Origin: Eledone cirrhosa
Lineage: Eukaryota
Length of the DNA stretch: 64,000 bases
Reading direction: 5' to 3'
Assembly (NCBI GenBank): GCA_964016885.1
Contig: OZ024760.1
Span: forward strand, 7,626,001 to 7,690,000
Shown here: positions 63,580 through 64,000 of the stretch, piece by piece
Layout: each line of letters begins with the position of its first letter
Numbering within the stretch: position 1 is the stretch's first letter
Translations under genes and position numbers: made by a program
The notes under the pieces: model-generated
What the model was told of the DNA's origin: nothing
Databases searched by the model: none
What the model saw: only the letters and a program-made list of their open reading frames with translations

Positions 63580-64000
63580 GGTACAGATTACTGTAAGAAA
63601 CTCCTGCCACACCTCCTCCACCACGTTATTGTGTATCTGGCAACACCTATATGGTACACATTACTGTCAGGAACTCCTGTCTCACCTCCTCCACCACGTT
63701 ATTGTGTATCTGGCACCACCTATATGGTACACATTACTGTCAGGAACTCCTGTCTCACCTCCTCCACCACGTTATTGTGTATCTGGCACCGCCTATATGG
63801 TACACATTACTGTAAGAAACTCCTGCGTCACCTCCTCCACCACGTTGTATCTGGCACCGCCTATATGGTACACATTACTGTCAGAAACTCCTGTCTCACC
63901 TCCTCCACCACGTTATTGTGTATCTGGCACCACCTATATGGTACACATTACTGTCAGAAACTCCTGCCACACCTCCTCCACCACGTTATTGTGTATCTGG
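63580..64000 (+). repeat. ~73-bp minisatellite, ~6 copies (runs off window end)
   Basis: ggtacacattactgtcaggaactcctgtctcacctcctccaccacgttattgtgtatctggcaccacctatat. Confidence 0.95.

Overview
AT-rich, repeat-dense metazoan genomic DNA. The tRNA-derived SINEs, (TA)n/(GAT)n tracts and the HUWE1 sequence suggest a coleoid cephalopod such as Octopus (inference). The whole window is the 5' ~55% of one minus-strand gene, the giant HECT E3 ligase HUWE1. I reconstructed by hand 50 coding exons, all GT-AG and phase-consistent, from the start ATG at 63361 to position 1037 (7419 nt, 2473 aa: N-terminal ARM-like regions, UBA, UIM, WWE, acidic stretch). The HECT domain lies beyond position 1. The introns hold CORE-like and Meta-like SINEs, RTE/RTEX LINE 3' ends, TTAA-, TA- and 8-bp-TSD MITEs, a decayed maT-type Tc1/mariner element and TE-seeded minisatellites. 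The most notable unannotated signal is a set of at least five sequence-unrelated type-I hammerhead-ribozyme-like motifs, mostly in short inserts within or beside (TA)n microsatellites. Two of these inserts are head-to-head fold-back elements, consistent with Penelope-like/retrozyme-type insertions. Every copy on the HUWE1-sense strand appears disabled or sequestered. A uORF whose stop overlaps the HUWE1 start codon (ATGA) is also present. All coordinates were read by eye, and repeat boundaries are approximate.
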